Of a stretch of 64,000 bases of DNA, positions 28,773-42,796 are shown piece by piece. The DNA is from Octopus vulgaris (taxonomy: Eukaryota), in assembly GCA_951406725.2 (NCBI GenBank), contig OX597837.1:41602001-41666000 (forward strand). Direction: 5' to 3'. The position numbers were made by a program, and so were the translations under genes. The notes below the pieces were generated by a model, which saw nothing but the letters and a program-made list of their open reading frames with translations, had not been told where the DNA came from and made no database searches. Position 1 is the first letter of the stretch; each line of letters starts with the position of its first letter.

Positions 28773-29890
28773 CACCTATTAAGAAAATATTTAAAGCACA
28801 AACAGCAAATCACTGAAATAAACCGCTGCAGCAGCAGCAACAACAACAACAACAACAATAATAATAACAACATCAACAACAATTCTTCTAGTACCACCAT
28901 CACCAGCGCCATCTGCCGCCAGCAACCGTTACAACTAATACGACGACGAATTTCCGTCAAAAGTGTCCAAGTGTTTTATTTAATTTAGTTCTTAATAGCC
29001 AAGACATTTCTTTAAAAGATTTTTCGAAATACGTAAATATTTTAAAAGCTGTGAAGAATTAACTCTGAGAAAGTTAAATGAATGTTTAAAACACATAAAA
29101 CATAGAAAAATAAATAAATATATGTTAAGAAAGAGAAAATTTAAGGAATCGCTGAGGAATAAACTTCCCGCTGCTAGAATTTCCGTCATTTCATCTTCGC
29201 GTTTAGAAAAAAAAATCTTAAGAATATGGACTTTTGTTTGCTATTGATTGGTCCCGGGGTGACTTGTCCTTTTTTTATGGCCGAACCTACCGCTGGTACT
29301 GTATTTATTGGCGTTGGGTGGTGGTGGTTCTGGTGGTTCTGGTGGCTGTGGTGGTGGTGGTGATGGTTGTGGTGGTGGTAGTGGTGGTGGTGGTGGTGGT
29401 GGATGTCGTTGTGGTGGTGGTGGTGGCGGTGGTGGTGCTGGTGGTGGTGATGGTGGTGGCGGTTGTTGTGGTCGTGGTGGTGGTCGCTGTCGTCGTCGTA
29501 GTAGTAGTGGTCATCGTTGTAGTGATGGTGGTGGTGGTGGTGGTGGTGGGTTGTGGCGGTGGTGGTGGTGGTGGTGGTGGTGGTGGTGGTGGTGGTGGTG
29601 GTGGTGGCGGCGATGGTTGTCGTTGTGGTGATGGTGCTGGTGGTGGTGGTGGTGGTGGTAATTGTGGTGGTCGCGGCGGCGGCGGTGGTTGGCGTCGTGG
29701 TGATGGTGGTGCTGGTTGTGATGGTGGTGGTGGTGGTGGTGGTGGTGGTTGTGATGGTGGTGGTGGTGGTGGTGGTGGTGGTGGTGGTGGTGGTAGTGAT
29801 GGTGGTGGTGATGGTGGTGGTGGTGGTGGTGGCGGTGGTGGTGGTGGTGGTAGTGATGGTGGTGGCATTATTATTTCTAGGGGACTTCAA

Positions 29891-30082
29891 GGCGGCGAGC
29901 TGGCAGAATCGTTAGCATGCTGGGTGAAATGCTTCGCGGCATTTCGTCTGCCGCTACGTTCTGAGTTCAAATTCCGCCGAGGTCGACTTTGCCTTTCATC
30001 CTTTTGGGATCGATAAACTAAGTACCAACTACTCACTGGGGCCGATGTAAACGACTATCCCCCTCCCCCAAATTTCAGGCCT
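29891..30082 (+). mobile_element. SINE family B
   Basis: Same head and central domain as 25197. Confidence 0.8.
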
Positions 30083-30832
30083 TGGTGATCTCATGGTGAT
30101 CTCATATCAAGATAAACAGCGCATGACCTTGCAGGTGGGGCCCAGTTAGAATTTTCTTCTGGTTGAGTAGCCCACCCCGCTCAAAAGGTCCCTGAATACA
30201 GGTTGTTTATGGATGTTGAACGAAGCACCTACGTTTCCAGAGGTGAATTATTCAAACCTCGAAGAATTCCTCTCAACACATGGCTATGATGCTCCCCCAC
30301 TACTTCTGCTTGTGATTAGAGATGCACATATCGTCAGCCACTAAGGGACATGCTCAACTGGTTAAGGTCAAACAACTGACAAGCAAATCTGTGGTATTGA
30401 GCTGAGTATTTGCTGTAGCCCAAGACAAAACAATGGACATGATAACACTTCCAATCAGTTAAGATCAGAAGCCATGAGAGCCACTGCCTGATACTGCATC
30501 AGGGCATTTATTATTATTGTTGTTGTGGTTGTTATTGTTGCTGTTGTTGTCGTTGTTGTTGTTGTTTCCTTTCTGAGTTTTATTTCATTTGTTCAGTGCT
30601 GTTGCTGATCTGTGTTTGAGCCTGTCTCTGGCTTTTATCCAAGTTAATTATTTCTGGTGTGTAATTAGAGTTGTGGAGTGTTTTTTTTTTTATTTTATGT
30701 TGCGTTAAGGTAATATGCCTCTTGATGATGACCTTCGACGATGGACACACTATCATCATCAGTACGGAAAAAAAACGGCAGAGATCATCATCATCATCGT
30801 CATCATCATCGTCATCATCATCGTCATCGTCG

Positions 30833-30885
<53 letters not shown>

Positions 30886-30904
30886 GTCATCATCGTCATC
30901 ATCA

Positions 30905-31305
30905 AGGCGACGTGCACGCTGGACGAAATGCGTAGCGATATTTCGCCCGTCGCTACGTTCTGAGTTCAAATTCCACCGAGGTCGACTTTGCATTTCATCC
31001 TTTCGGGGTCGATAAATTAAGTACCAGTTACGCACTGGGGTCGATGTAATTGACTGATCCCTATCTCCCCCAAGCTGCCATTGTGGCAAAAGTTTGAAAT
31101 AATTATTATTGGAAGCGGTGAGCTGGCAGAATCGTTAACACGCCGGGCAAATTGCTTAGAAGTATCTCGTCTGCCGCTAGGTTCTGAGTTCAAATTCCAC
31201 TGAGGTTGACTTCGCTTTTCATCCTTTCAGTTGAACTTTGGGGTCGATATAATCGACTAGTCCCCTCCCCCCAAATTTCAAGCCTTGTACATATAGTAAA
31301 ATGGA
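30905..31305 (+). mobile_element. Two tandem SINE family B copies
   Basis: Copies at ~30905-31100 and ~31111-31305, each followed by (ATT)n. Confidence 0.75.
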
Positions 31306-31563
31306 TTATCATTATTATTATATATATATAAGGTTATAGTAGAATACACTTCGCCAAGGTGCTACGCAGTGGAACTGAACCCGGAACCACGTGGTTGGGA
31401 AGCAAGCTTCTTCACAACACAGCCACGTCTGCGCCTATATAATTGATGTTTCTGCCGTTGTTGTTCATGAGAAAAAAGGAGGAGGAAGTGGAAGAGGAGG
31501 CGGAGGAAGAGGAGGCGCGGAGGGCGAAGGATCGTGATGATGATGATGACGGTGATGATGAAA

Positions 31564-31653
<90 letters not shown>

Positions 31654-32706
31654 GTGGTGATGATGATGATGTAGATGATGATGACGATGATGATGGTGGT
31701 GATGATGATGATGATGGTGGTGGCGGTGATGATGATGATGATGATGTAGATGATGATGACGATGATGATGGTGGTGATGATGATGATGATGATGATGAAT
31801 GTGGTAATGGTGGTGGTGGTGATGATGACGATGATGACGGGTATTTCTATTCCTTCTTAGCCGTAAATAAAATAAAATAAAATAAAACAGCATAAAATAA
31901 ACGAAAGAAAAAAGAAAAAAACCCATCTTGATAGCAATAAAACAACAAATCAAAACAGCAACAGAATAACAATTAAGATGGAATAATCTAGATTTTTGTC
32001 AGGAAAAAAATAATGAAAACAAAAACAAAGAGTAAACAAACAAAAAAAAACAAAACAAAATAGTGGAAGAAACGGCACAACAACAACATGAACAACAAAT
32101 GTAAAAATATTACAACATCTCTACCGCCGCCACCACCAACTCCACCACCACCACCACTAAGAACACCCCCATCACCTTCACTACCATCACCACCACCACC
32201 ACAACGAGCATCAATAGCAGCAGCAGCAACAACATCAACAACAACCAAGGAGACTGCCGTGACCACCACCCACAATACCAACAACACTGCCATGACCACC
32301 ACCCACAATACCAACAACAACAACAGAAAATACAATAATAATACTGACTACCCGTCTACAACAACAACAACAACAACAGCACTGATGAAATGTGAGTCTC
32401 TGTATGGTCGTTGGCCTGCTAGAAATAACAATCAAATTCTCTCAAATCTCTTAGTATTGGCGTAAATTTAGGAAGGACATGTTTGGACAATGATGAACTG
32501 CACTGCAAGGAAGTTCTTTTTTTATATATAAAAGGCAGGATGGCCATCGATGGAATGCCGTTCGACGTAGCTCTGTTCAGTTAAGGTTGGATTGGATATG
32601 GGACCTAAACAACAACAACAACGACAACAACAACAGCAAACAAAATCCAAATTAAAGTCGTTGATCCAGTTAACAGGCAATAAATAAATACAATAATATA
32701 CAGCTA

Positions 32707-33545
<839 letters not shown>

Positions 33546-34085
33546 TAATCTTGGAAGACATTTCCATTTAATGCTTCTCTGGTTCCGTTCTTCGATGTTA
33601 GGGGAAGGAGGAGCAGGTTGGGAGTTCGAACGAGAGAGAGAGAGAGGTGTGGGAGGGAAACAGACAGACAGAAAGACGCAACTAGCTAGACAGACGACAG
33701 AAACAGAGAGAGACAGAGAGAGAGAGAGAGAGAGTAAGAAATATAGAGGGGAAAAAGAGAGGGGAAGAGAGGGGTGGAGTGGGGGTGAGAAGACTGAGAT
33801 ATTTATTGTTTGACAATAAAACTTTAAAATAAAATAATAGAAAGATTTCGGGGGTGGGGTGGGGGTTGGGGAGACGGGGGGGGGTGAATTAGGATGAGCG
33901 TCAGACGATTTAAAGGTGGCGACAGTTAAGACGTGGAACGAAGATGGCGGAAGACAGACCCCCAAAAACAGAACACACACACACACATACGCACATATGT
34001 ATTTATATCCACGCACACACACATACACACATATGATATACACATACATATTTAGACATACAGAGACATCTGTTTGCATGCATGC

Positions 34086-34172
<87 letters not shown>

Positions 34173-34465
34173 CACACACACATATATATATATACACTAC
34201 CACACTCATATACATACACATATATATATACATATATATATATATATACATACATGACTATATATATGTGTGTGTCTATATATACATACACACACATATA
34301 TATATACACTACCACACTCATGTACATACACACATATATACATATATATGTATATATATGGGTGTGTGTGTATATATATATACATACACACACATATATA
34401 TATATACACTACCACACTCATGTACATACACATATATATACATATATATATATATACATACATGC

Positions 34466-34520
<55 letters not shown>

Positions 34521-34882
34521 CGTGTATAGAGACGCACAGACGGATAGAAAGGCAGATAGACTGACAGACTGTTGGTTTTAAACTGAGAGAAATCGTTATT
34601 GGTTAAATGGTTTAGAGAGTTAACAAAGCTGAACTGTTTGCTAGAGACTCTTCAACGTCATTAAATTTTATAAATTAATCGTTTCTGTTTGTAACTTTGG
34701 ATATTCGTAGACAGAGAGACGGACAGACAGACAGAAAAACAAGCCGGCAGGCAGACAGACAAGGGGGGAAGCGAGAAGGAGGAGGGGAATTAAAAGGCAC
34801 ATGGAGATATATAAGGAGACACAAAGAGAGAGACAGATAAAGATTCGTAGAGACATAGATACACATTGAGATTTATATAGAG

Positions 34883-34918
<36 letters not shown>

Positions 34919-35067
34919 CAATGAGGGAGACATACATAGAAACAGAGAGTGGCACGTAGAGACACATAGAAACACGTAGAGGCACAGCGGAGTCACAGAG
35001 ATATATAGAGATATGTTCAGACGGATAAAGACACATGGGTACATAAATACACAGCAGAAAAATATAT

Positions 35068-35245
35068 ATTTCTTAACTACCCACAAGGGGCTAAACACAG
35101 AGGGGACAAACAAGGACAGACAAACGGATTATGCCGATTACATCGACCCCAGTGCGTAACTGGTACTTAATTTATCGACCCCGAAAGGATGAAAGGCAAA
35201 GTCGACCTCGGCGGAATTTGAACTCAGAACGTAGCGGCAGACGAA
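35068..35245 (-). mobile_element. SINE family B with LINE-like tail
   Basis: Reverse complement of the family B body and tail. Confidence 0.8.
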
Positions 35246-35352
35246 ATACAGGCATCCAGCAACAGGACCTCCGTAATGCTATGATGGACCGTGAGGTCTG
35301 GCGTAGCATGGTAAATTCCATTGTCTCGACCACGGTCGAACAATGATGATGA
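35246..35352 (+). mobile_element. RTE-clade LINE 3' terminal fragment
   Basis: TGIQQQDLRNAMMDREVWRSMV..* followed by a (TGA)n tail; DR..WR is the RTE C-terminal motif. Confidence 0.65.
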
Positions 35353-35437
35353 AGAGACAGTGTTTCACGAATACAGGCAAAGGAAACAGACATGCGCAAA
35401 TTGAAACCCACTGACACACAGAGATACACAAGAGTGG

Positions 35438-35492
<55 letters not shown>

Positions 35493-36366
35493 ACATACAT
35501 ATACAAGCACATATTCACAGAGCCATACATAGAGAAGTACGAACTTGAATCACATCCGAACTAACTCAAACACAGATGCTCAGACAAACACAGAATTTAG
35601 AACATAGATTTAAAGTGGTGCCCTGATTTAAGATATGGAATTTAGGAAATATATCTTTCACGAATACGCAAACATTTGGGAGCATGTACACACACACAGA
35701 CACACACAATGAACGCATAAAGACATCAAGAAAATCTTTGCAAATGGCGTTTGACTGACAGACTTTCCGCCATTAACGATTTCAACCTTCCATGTTGGTT
35801 TCTTACTGTAGCTCGGATATGCTGTCTTAGATATTGCTGTTTGCTGTTAATGTTGTTGCTGATGGTCTTGTTGCTATTGCTGCTGTTGCTGCTGTTGTAG
35901 GCTGGTTGGCTGGCTGGCTGGCTGGCCGGCTAGCAAGCAGTGCAGCGAAGATGAACTATCAACTGAAAACTGCGGAGTGACACGTTATTATCATGTACAC
36001 GGGAGATGCGGCTTCGTCCGCGACATTAGTCTTTCGCTCCAATGCTTAATTAATAAGCATTAATTGCTAATCAATGCTTAGCTGGCCAATTCTTGTTGGG
36101 CTGCACTGGGGTGAGACAGGGTGGGGTGGATTCTAACAATATGACGCACAGCCTTACCGACGCGATACACAGACATACATGGATATATATGCATATATAT
36201 ATACACGTATATGTAATAGATATGTATGTATATATATATGTATATATAGAATATATATGTGTGTGTGTGAGTATATATATATATATATATACGTATATAT
36301 AATAGATATGTATGTATATATATATGTATATATATATGTATATATATATATATATGTGTGTGTGAG

Positions 36367-36405
<39 letters not shown>

Positions 36406-36603
36406 CTGTGTGTGTGTGTGTGTGTGTGTGTATAGGACATATATATATATATTTATCCTATAGATATACGCATATGTATATACAGGATATATATACACAT
36501 ACATATATACACAGAGATACACACACACACTTGTATGTATATGTATGTATGTAAGTATGTATGTATGTATGTATGTATGTATGTATGTATGTATGTATGT
36601 ATG

Positions 36604-36635
<32 letters not shown>

Positions 36636-36673
36636 TGTATGTATGTATGTATGTATGTATGTATGTATGTATG

Positions 36674-36704
<31 letters not shown>

Positions 36705-37143
36705 GTATGTATGTATGTATGTATGTATGTATGTATGTATGTATGTATGTATGTATGTATGAATGTATGTATGTATGTATGTATGAGGTATATCGTAAAA
36801 CTGAGAACAGTCCAGCCACATTGTAGAAATTAACGAGAGTAGAGTTATGGGGGAAGAGAGGCGAATGGCGGCCATGCAGAGAGCGTTCATTGTATGTGTG
36901 AATGTGTGTGAATGTGTGTGTGTGGATGCGTGTGTGTGGATCTGTGTGCGTGCGCTGGCGTCTTGTGGGTGGACAGAAGGAATTATAACAGATGGTTGCA
37001 GACGATTCTCAAAGAGCAAAGATGAAGAGTAGAAATTCATCTTACTGCAGAGCAGAAAGACAAACGATAAATGGAATAGACGGAGAATGGAAGTTCTATC
37101 GTTGAAGAAAAGAGAAACTGGATATGTCTGTGTGCGTGTGTGC

Positions 37144-37191
<48 letters not shown>

Positions 37192-37671
37192 ATGTCTGTG
37201 TGTGTATTTCTTTTTAAGCCGTTATAAAACAAATTTAAAGAACCCCTTCGGTCACGAATGACCATGGGATAAAGTCCCCCTCCGAGGCACAAGTCCGGGC
37301 TAGGGTTGTTTATGGAAGATCAGCAGTCACCCGTGCATACCAGCCTCTCCTCTCTACCGATGTTATCCAAGGGAAAGGCCGATACAGAAACTCATTTCCA
37401 CAGCCGAGTGAACTTGAACTAAGCTAAGAGCATTAGATTCCTTGGAAGAAAGCAGCGAATGTATACGAAAGCAAGGACGGAAAAAAACGGAGAATGTTAC
37501 GCTAGCTTATTTTTTTCCTTGGAGCTGGCCAGATTGGAGCAATCTCGAGTATAACCAGCCGAAATTGCAAAGATAATCTGGAACTCGACTGAGGAAAGAA
37601 AACTCCGAATGACCCGTTCTTGTTTTCTTTGTATCGTCTATCTGGATGTTTTGTGTTCTTGTCCCATTTTG

Positions 37672-37689
<18 letters not shown>

Positions 37690-37713
<24 letters not shown>

Positions 37714-37915
37714 GTGACCTCGTGTGTACCGTTGGCGATTTTTTCCTCTGTCTTCCCTTCTCTGGATCTTTCCTTCTCCTATGTTTCCGACGAAGAGCTC
37801 CGCTCGAAGCGTTAAACCCTCCTTCTTTCCTTCTTTCCTGAGCGTCCAATAATACTATATTTGTTCCACGTCCTCGCGTTGTTGTGTTTTTTTTTGTGCT
37901 TTCTAGTTTGGATTA

Positions 37916-37920
<5 letters not shown>
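37690..37920 (+). mobile_element. Short (TA)n-embedded repeat family F (PLE pLTR-like, degenerate HHR)
   Basis: Close homolog at 54515-54720 (-); related copies at 4066-4266 (+), 10738-10853 (-), 42131-42310 (+), 46527-46711 (-). Confidence 0.65.
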
Positions 37921-37956
<36 letters not shown>

Positions 37957-37980
37957 CGACGTACGTACACTTTGGTCTTT

Positions 37981-38039
<59 letters not shown>

Positions 38040-38040
<1 letters not shown>

Positions 38041-38539
38041 GAGGGTGAGTCAAAAAGTAATGCTATTTTGTTTAGGACAGGTATAATTACCAACACAGGA
38101 ACATGTATCATACGTCAAAATGAAGCTGGTCCACTGTGGATCACATCCCTACTTCTCAACATAGTCACCGTTTCTCTCAATAGCATTGTTCCACCTTCGA
38201 ATGAGTTTTCACTTCCTCGTCACTGGAATATTGTTAGCCTCTCAAACCCTCTTTCATGGGGTGAAGAGATGATAGTCTGAAGGCGCTAAATCTAGTGACG
38301 AGGAAGTGAAAACTGTAGTGAAGAAGTGACTCAAAGTACAGCCAACAGAATTTTACGGGGCAGGGATACATGCTATCAGTCGAAGGTGGAACATTGCTAT
38401 TGAGAGAAACAGTGACTATGTTGAGAAGTAGAGATGTGGTCCACAAAGGGCTAGGTTCATTTTGACGTATGATACATGTTCCTGTGTTGGTAATTATACC
38501 TGTCCTAAACAAAATGGCATTACTTTTTGACTCACCCTC

Positions 38540-38540
<1 letters not shown>
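38040..38540. mobile_element. mariner-derived MITE with ~160-bp inverted arms
   Basis: TA-CGAGGGTGAGTCAAAAAGTAATG..CATTACTTTTTGACTCACCCTCG-TA; arms 38040-38200 and 38380-38540. The plus strand encodes a transposase tail DEEVKTVV..FYGAGIHAISRRWNIAIERNSDYVEK*. Confidence 0.88.
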
Positions 38541-38588
<48 letters not shown>

Positions 38589-38912
38589 TGTAAGCGTGCA
38601 TTAGTCACCCCATCACTGCTTGACAACCGGTGATTGTTTGTTTACGTCACTGTAACATTAGCAACAGAGACCGATCAAATAAGTAACAGATTTCTAAATA
38701 ATGAGTAGTGGGGTCTATTTCTTCAACTATAGCCCTTAAAGGCGGTGCACCAGCATGGCCGATGAAACATCTAAGACGAAAAGATATATTACAACGAGCT
38801 TCTTTTGGGTTCTGAGTTGGAAGAAAATACTTGCCTAAGGTGTCGACGAGCTGGCAGAATGGTTAGCACGCCGGAGAAAATGCTTAGCAGCGTTCCGTCC
38901 GTCTTTATCTTA

Positions 38913-39170
38913 TGGAGGCACGTGACTTAGGGGTTAGGGTTTTAAACTCATGATCGTGAGGTTGTGGTTTCGATTCCTGGACCGGGCGGCGCGTTCTGTT
39001 CTTGAACAAAACACTTCATTTCACGTTGCTCCAGTCCACCCAGCTGGCAAAAAATGTGTAATCCTGCGATGGATCGGGGTCCTGTCCAGGTGGAGGAATA
39101 CATACGCCATGGAAACCGAGAAACCGGCTCTTATGAGTCGGCATGACTCGAGAAGATAACTTTACCTTTA
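38913..39170 (+). mobile_element. tRNA-derived SINE family D
   Basis: tRNA-like head, CACGTTGCTCCAGTCCAC, CCTGCGATGGA..GTCCAGG, tail TTTACCTTTAC; minus-strand homolog at 41745-41968. Confidence 0.7.
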
Positions 39171-39274
39171 CTTGCCCAAGGTGTCACACAGTGGGACCGA
39201 ACCTGGAATCATGTTGTTGGGAAATAAACTCCTTACCACAGAGTCACGTCTGCACCTCTATGTGTACGTGTGTG

Positions 39275-39807
39275 TATTTGGTCGAAGTGGAGCAAAATAC
39301 TTTCTTGAAGGAGGGAAAATGCACAAATTATTCAGTCAACTCCATTCACCCCTGAGTATACATTCCCAATTGAAATTCAATAACAACCATTCTGTATCTC
39401 CTACAAAGGTGACTGCTTAAATACAAAGTTAAGAAGCATCGAACTGTATGTGAGTGTGTGTATTTGGTCGAAGGGGAGCAAAATACTTTCTTGAAGAAGG
39501 GAAAGTGCACAAATTATTCAGTCAACTCCATTTACCCCTGAGTATACATTCCCAATTGAAATTCAATAACAACCATTCTGTATCTCCTACAAAGGTTACT
39601 GCTTAAATACAAAGTTAAGAAGCATCGAACTGTGTGTGTGTATTTGGTCGAAGGGGAGCAAAATACTTTCTTGAAGGAGGGAAAATGCACAAATTATTCA
39701 GTCAACTCCATTCACCCCTGAGCATACATCCCCGATTGAAATTCAATAACAACCATTCTGTATCTCCTACAAAGGTTACTGCTTAAATACAAAGTTAAGA
39801 AGCATCG

Positions 39808-39810
<3 letters not shown>
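39275..39810. repeat. Tandem triplication of a ~170-bp unit separated by (TG)n
   Basis: Units start at 39275, 39461 and 39641 (TATTTGGTCGAAG..GCATCGAAC) and are nearly identical. Confidence 0.95.
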
Positions 39811-39846
<36 letters not shown>

Positions 39847-40407
39847 ATTAACTATGTTTGATAATCTTACCTAACGGAATGAAAAAGACGACAGAACAAC
39901 AAGATCGGGGAAACCTTTGATGCTTAATCGGTTGGAACCAATCAGTTAAAAATATAATAACTCTGTCTATTTGTTGTAATTTCCGCTGAATAAATTTTTT
40001 CTTAGATGTTTTATTTATTTCTGTGTTTGTTTTTGTTGACTTTTTTTTTCGTGAAACACTAATAAATATCGTGGTATTGAATGAGGATTCAAATATTAGG
40101 TTTGTGAACCGCCGCCACCGACATTAACAAATTTATTCCGGTTGCCATTAAACGCCTGTCTTGCTAAACATTCATAAAACCGATGTATGTAAGTATAAGT
40201 GTGTTCGTGTGCGTGTACGTGTGAGTGTGGATGCGTTCGTGTATGAAATATACTAGATGTGTATATGTATATATGGAAATATATGTGAGTGAGTGTGTGT
40301 GTGAGTATACGTGTATATATGTATGTATAAGTATGTATATACATATATATATATATGTAGGTATATATATATATATATATGTATATATACACGTATACAT
40401 GGATGTA

Positions 40408-40439
<32 letters not shown>

Positions 40440-40766
40440 CATAAATATATATATAGAGAGAGAGGGGAGATGATTTTATATATACACTGTGCATAGCGTA
40501 TATTTTAAATATGTATGTTGTATGTGTATACACGCACACATATACACGCACTTACATATATACGAACACACATACATGGTATTTTTCATAATTTGCGATG
40601 TATAATAGATATAACGCAAGAAGTAATTATATAAACACGTATATGCACACGCATGCATATATATACATACATACATACATACATACATACATGCATACAT
40701 AGATATATATATGCATACATACATATATATATATACATGTATGTATACATACATACATACATGCAT

Positions 40767-40846
<80 letters not shown>

Positions 40847-40886
40847 AGATGACAAAGGATTAAATGATTATCTTATGAACTTCACT

Positions 40887-40967
40887 AGCTTACAGCTGTT
40901 TCTGATATAGTATGCGGTAGCGTCATAGTTCAGTACCTGAGTAACACTTTACAGTTTCATCAGAGCC
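40887..40967 (-). ncRNA. Type I hammerhead ribozyme motif with extended domain II
   Basis: Minus strand reads GGCU-CUGAUGA-[~54 nt]-GAAA-CAGCUG-UA/AGCU. Palindromic helix III ACAGCUGU and 4-bp stem I. Confidence 0.65.
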
Positions 40968-41329
40968 TCAACCATGAAGTGCAATTTATTTGAGAAAAGA
41001 AATGCATTTAAACATATGTACAACAAAGTATTGATAATGAGAAAGCATACATGTTTGGGGTTGATATCCACGGCTCCTACCACAATTAGAATAATATTAA
41101 TCCTTCAAGCAAATCAGCTAATTAGAAAATCTCTATAAGAGATGAAAGCAGTAACTGTACAGAGAAGTAATGCTTGTCACCACTTCAGCATGGCTGTTCC
41201 ATAGGAAGCGAAATTACTGCTATTTTTAATCCCAGGAGGACGCCTCCTTCAGCTGGTTATTCGATGTAATCTGCACCCGATATATGTTGCCAGCAGGGGA
41301 GTGAACCCCTATCTTCTAGCCACGATACA

Positions 41330-41374
41330 ACCAGACCGTACGGTTTCGACCTCTTTGTGGTCATCCTCAGTGGT
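41330..41374 (-). ncRNA. Minimal type I hammerhead ribozyme
   Basis: Minus strand reads ACCA-CUGAGGA-U-GACC-acaaaga-GGUC-GAAA-CCGUACGG-UC/UGGU. Core fully conserved, stems I and II paired, 10-nt palindromic helix III, GUC cleavage site. Confidence 0.85.
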
Positions 41375-41674
41375 GGATACTCGCCCGCTAGAGATAGCTG
41401 TAGTTCACTCCAGCTCTCAATATATAGAAAACCAAGCGACACACAGTCACTGGATCTTGCAACAGGCAAATTAGCGAGTTAGGAAATCTCTATAAGAGAT
41501 GAGAGTAATGATGATACTGTTCCGAAGGGAGAGCCATGTTTAAGGGGCGATAAATATTCTTTATCAATATTGTTACTGCTCTCGTAATTTGCTCGTTACG
41601 AGATCAGTGACTGTGTGTCGCTTGGTTTTATACTAATTCTCCGTTTTCATAAATAAAACGCATTTCATGCTTGA

Positions 41675-41990
41675 GGCTCTGATGAAATAGTAAGGTGTTA
41701 CTCAGACAATCAACTATGGGTCTACCGCATGTTATAGTAGAAACCAAACTAAGTTAACTTCTCAGGTTATACCGATTCATAAGGACCAATTTCCCTTTTT
41801 CTATGGCGCATGTATTCCCCGCCTGGACGGGACCCCGGTCCGTCTCAGGATTACTCATTTTTGCCAGGTGAGTGGACTGGAACAACGTGGAACGAAATCC
41901 AAGAATCGAAACCGCAATCTTACTGTCATGAGTTCAACGCCCCTAACCACTAAGCCATCCACCTCCACAAAAGAGGAAACAGCTGTAAGG
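41675..41990 (+). ncRNA. Hammerhead motif (inverted partner of 40887-40967) interrupted by a SINE
   Basis: GGCT-CTGATGA at 41675-41685, GAAAC at 41740-41744, then a SINE, then GAAACAGCTGTAAG at 41976-41989. Confidence 0.6.
41745..41970 (-). mobile_element. SINE family D inserted into hammerhead core
   Basis: Homologous to 38913-39170; flanked by duplicated GAAAC. Confidence 0.7.
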
Positions 41991-42302
41991 TAATGAGGTT
42001 CATATGCTAATCGGTTATTCCTTTGTCGTTTCGTGTTCTTATTACGGCTCTATACGCTTCGTTCAGAATCATGCGTATATTGAGTTCTACTTCAGGTGAT
42101 TTGTATCGTAATGCCTATATATATATATCATGATAGATCGTTAGCCACTACACATATTTTTTTCTCTCCTTGTTTTATCTGTGTCCCTTTCCTTATAAGA
42201 GCGTTGGCTCGAAACGTAAAAGACTCTTTCTATTCCTGAGCGTTATACTAATACATCTGTTTGTTTTGTACACCACCGGTCTTCATCTTGTGTTTTTTTC
42301 GT

Positions 42303-42352
<50 letters not shown>

Positions 42353-42353
<1 letters not shown>

Positions 42354-42725
42354 GGCCCAGTGGTTAGGGCAGCGGACTCGCAGTCGTAGGATCGCGGTTT
42401 CGATTCCCAGACCGGGCGTTGTGAGTGTTTATTGAGCGAAAACACCTAAAAGCTCCACGACGCTCCGGCAGGGGATGGTGGTGATCCCTGCTGTACTCTT
42501 TCACCACAACTTTCTCTCACTCTCACTCTTCCTGTTTCTGTTGTACCTGTATTTCAAAGGGCCAGCCTTGTCACTCTCTGTGTCACGCTGAATATCCCCG
42601 AGAACTACGTTAAGCGTACACGTGTCTGTGGAGTGCTCAGCCACTTACACGTTAATTTCATGAGCAGGCTGTTCCGTTGATCGGATCAACCGGAACCCTC
42701 GTCGTCGTAACCGACGGAGTGCTTA
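42353..42725 (+). mobile_element. tRNA-derived SINE family C
   Basis: TGGCCCAGTGGTTAGGGCAGCGGACTCGC..GTTTCGATTCCC tRNA-like head; homolog at 47661. Confidence 0.8.
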
Positions 42726-42729
42726 AAAA

Positions 42730-42791
<62 letters not shown>

Positions 42792-42796
42792 ATATA

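Noticed and set aside
30083-30520. Non-coding segment ending in (ATT)n
   Set aside because: Probably a retroposon 3' UTR, but there is no second copy or peptide motif in the window to classify it.
42353-42425. tRNA-like sequence (also 47671, 54907)
   Set aside because: SINE heads that continue into shared SINE bodies and lack a proper acceptor stem.
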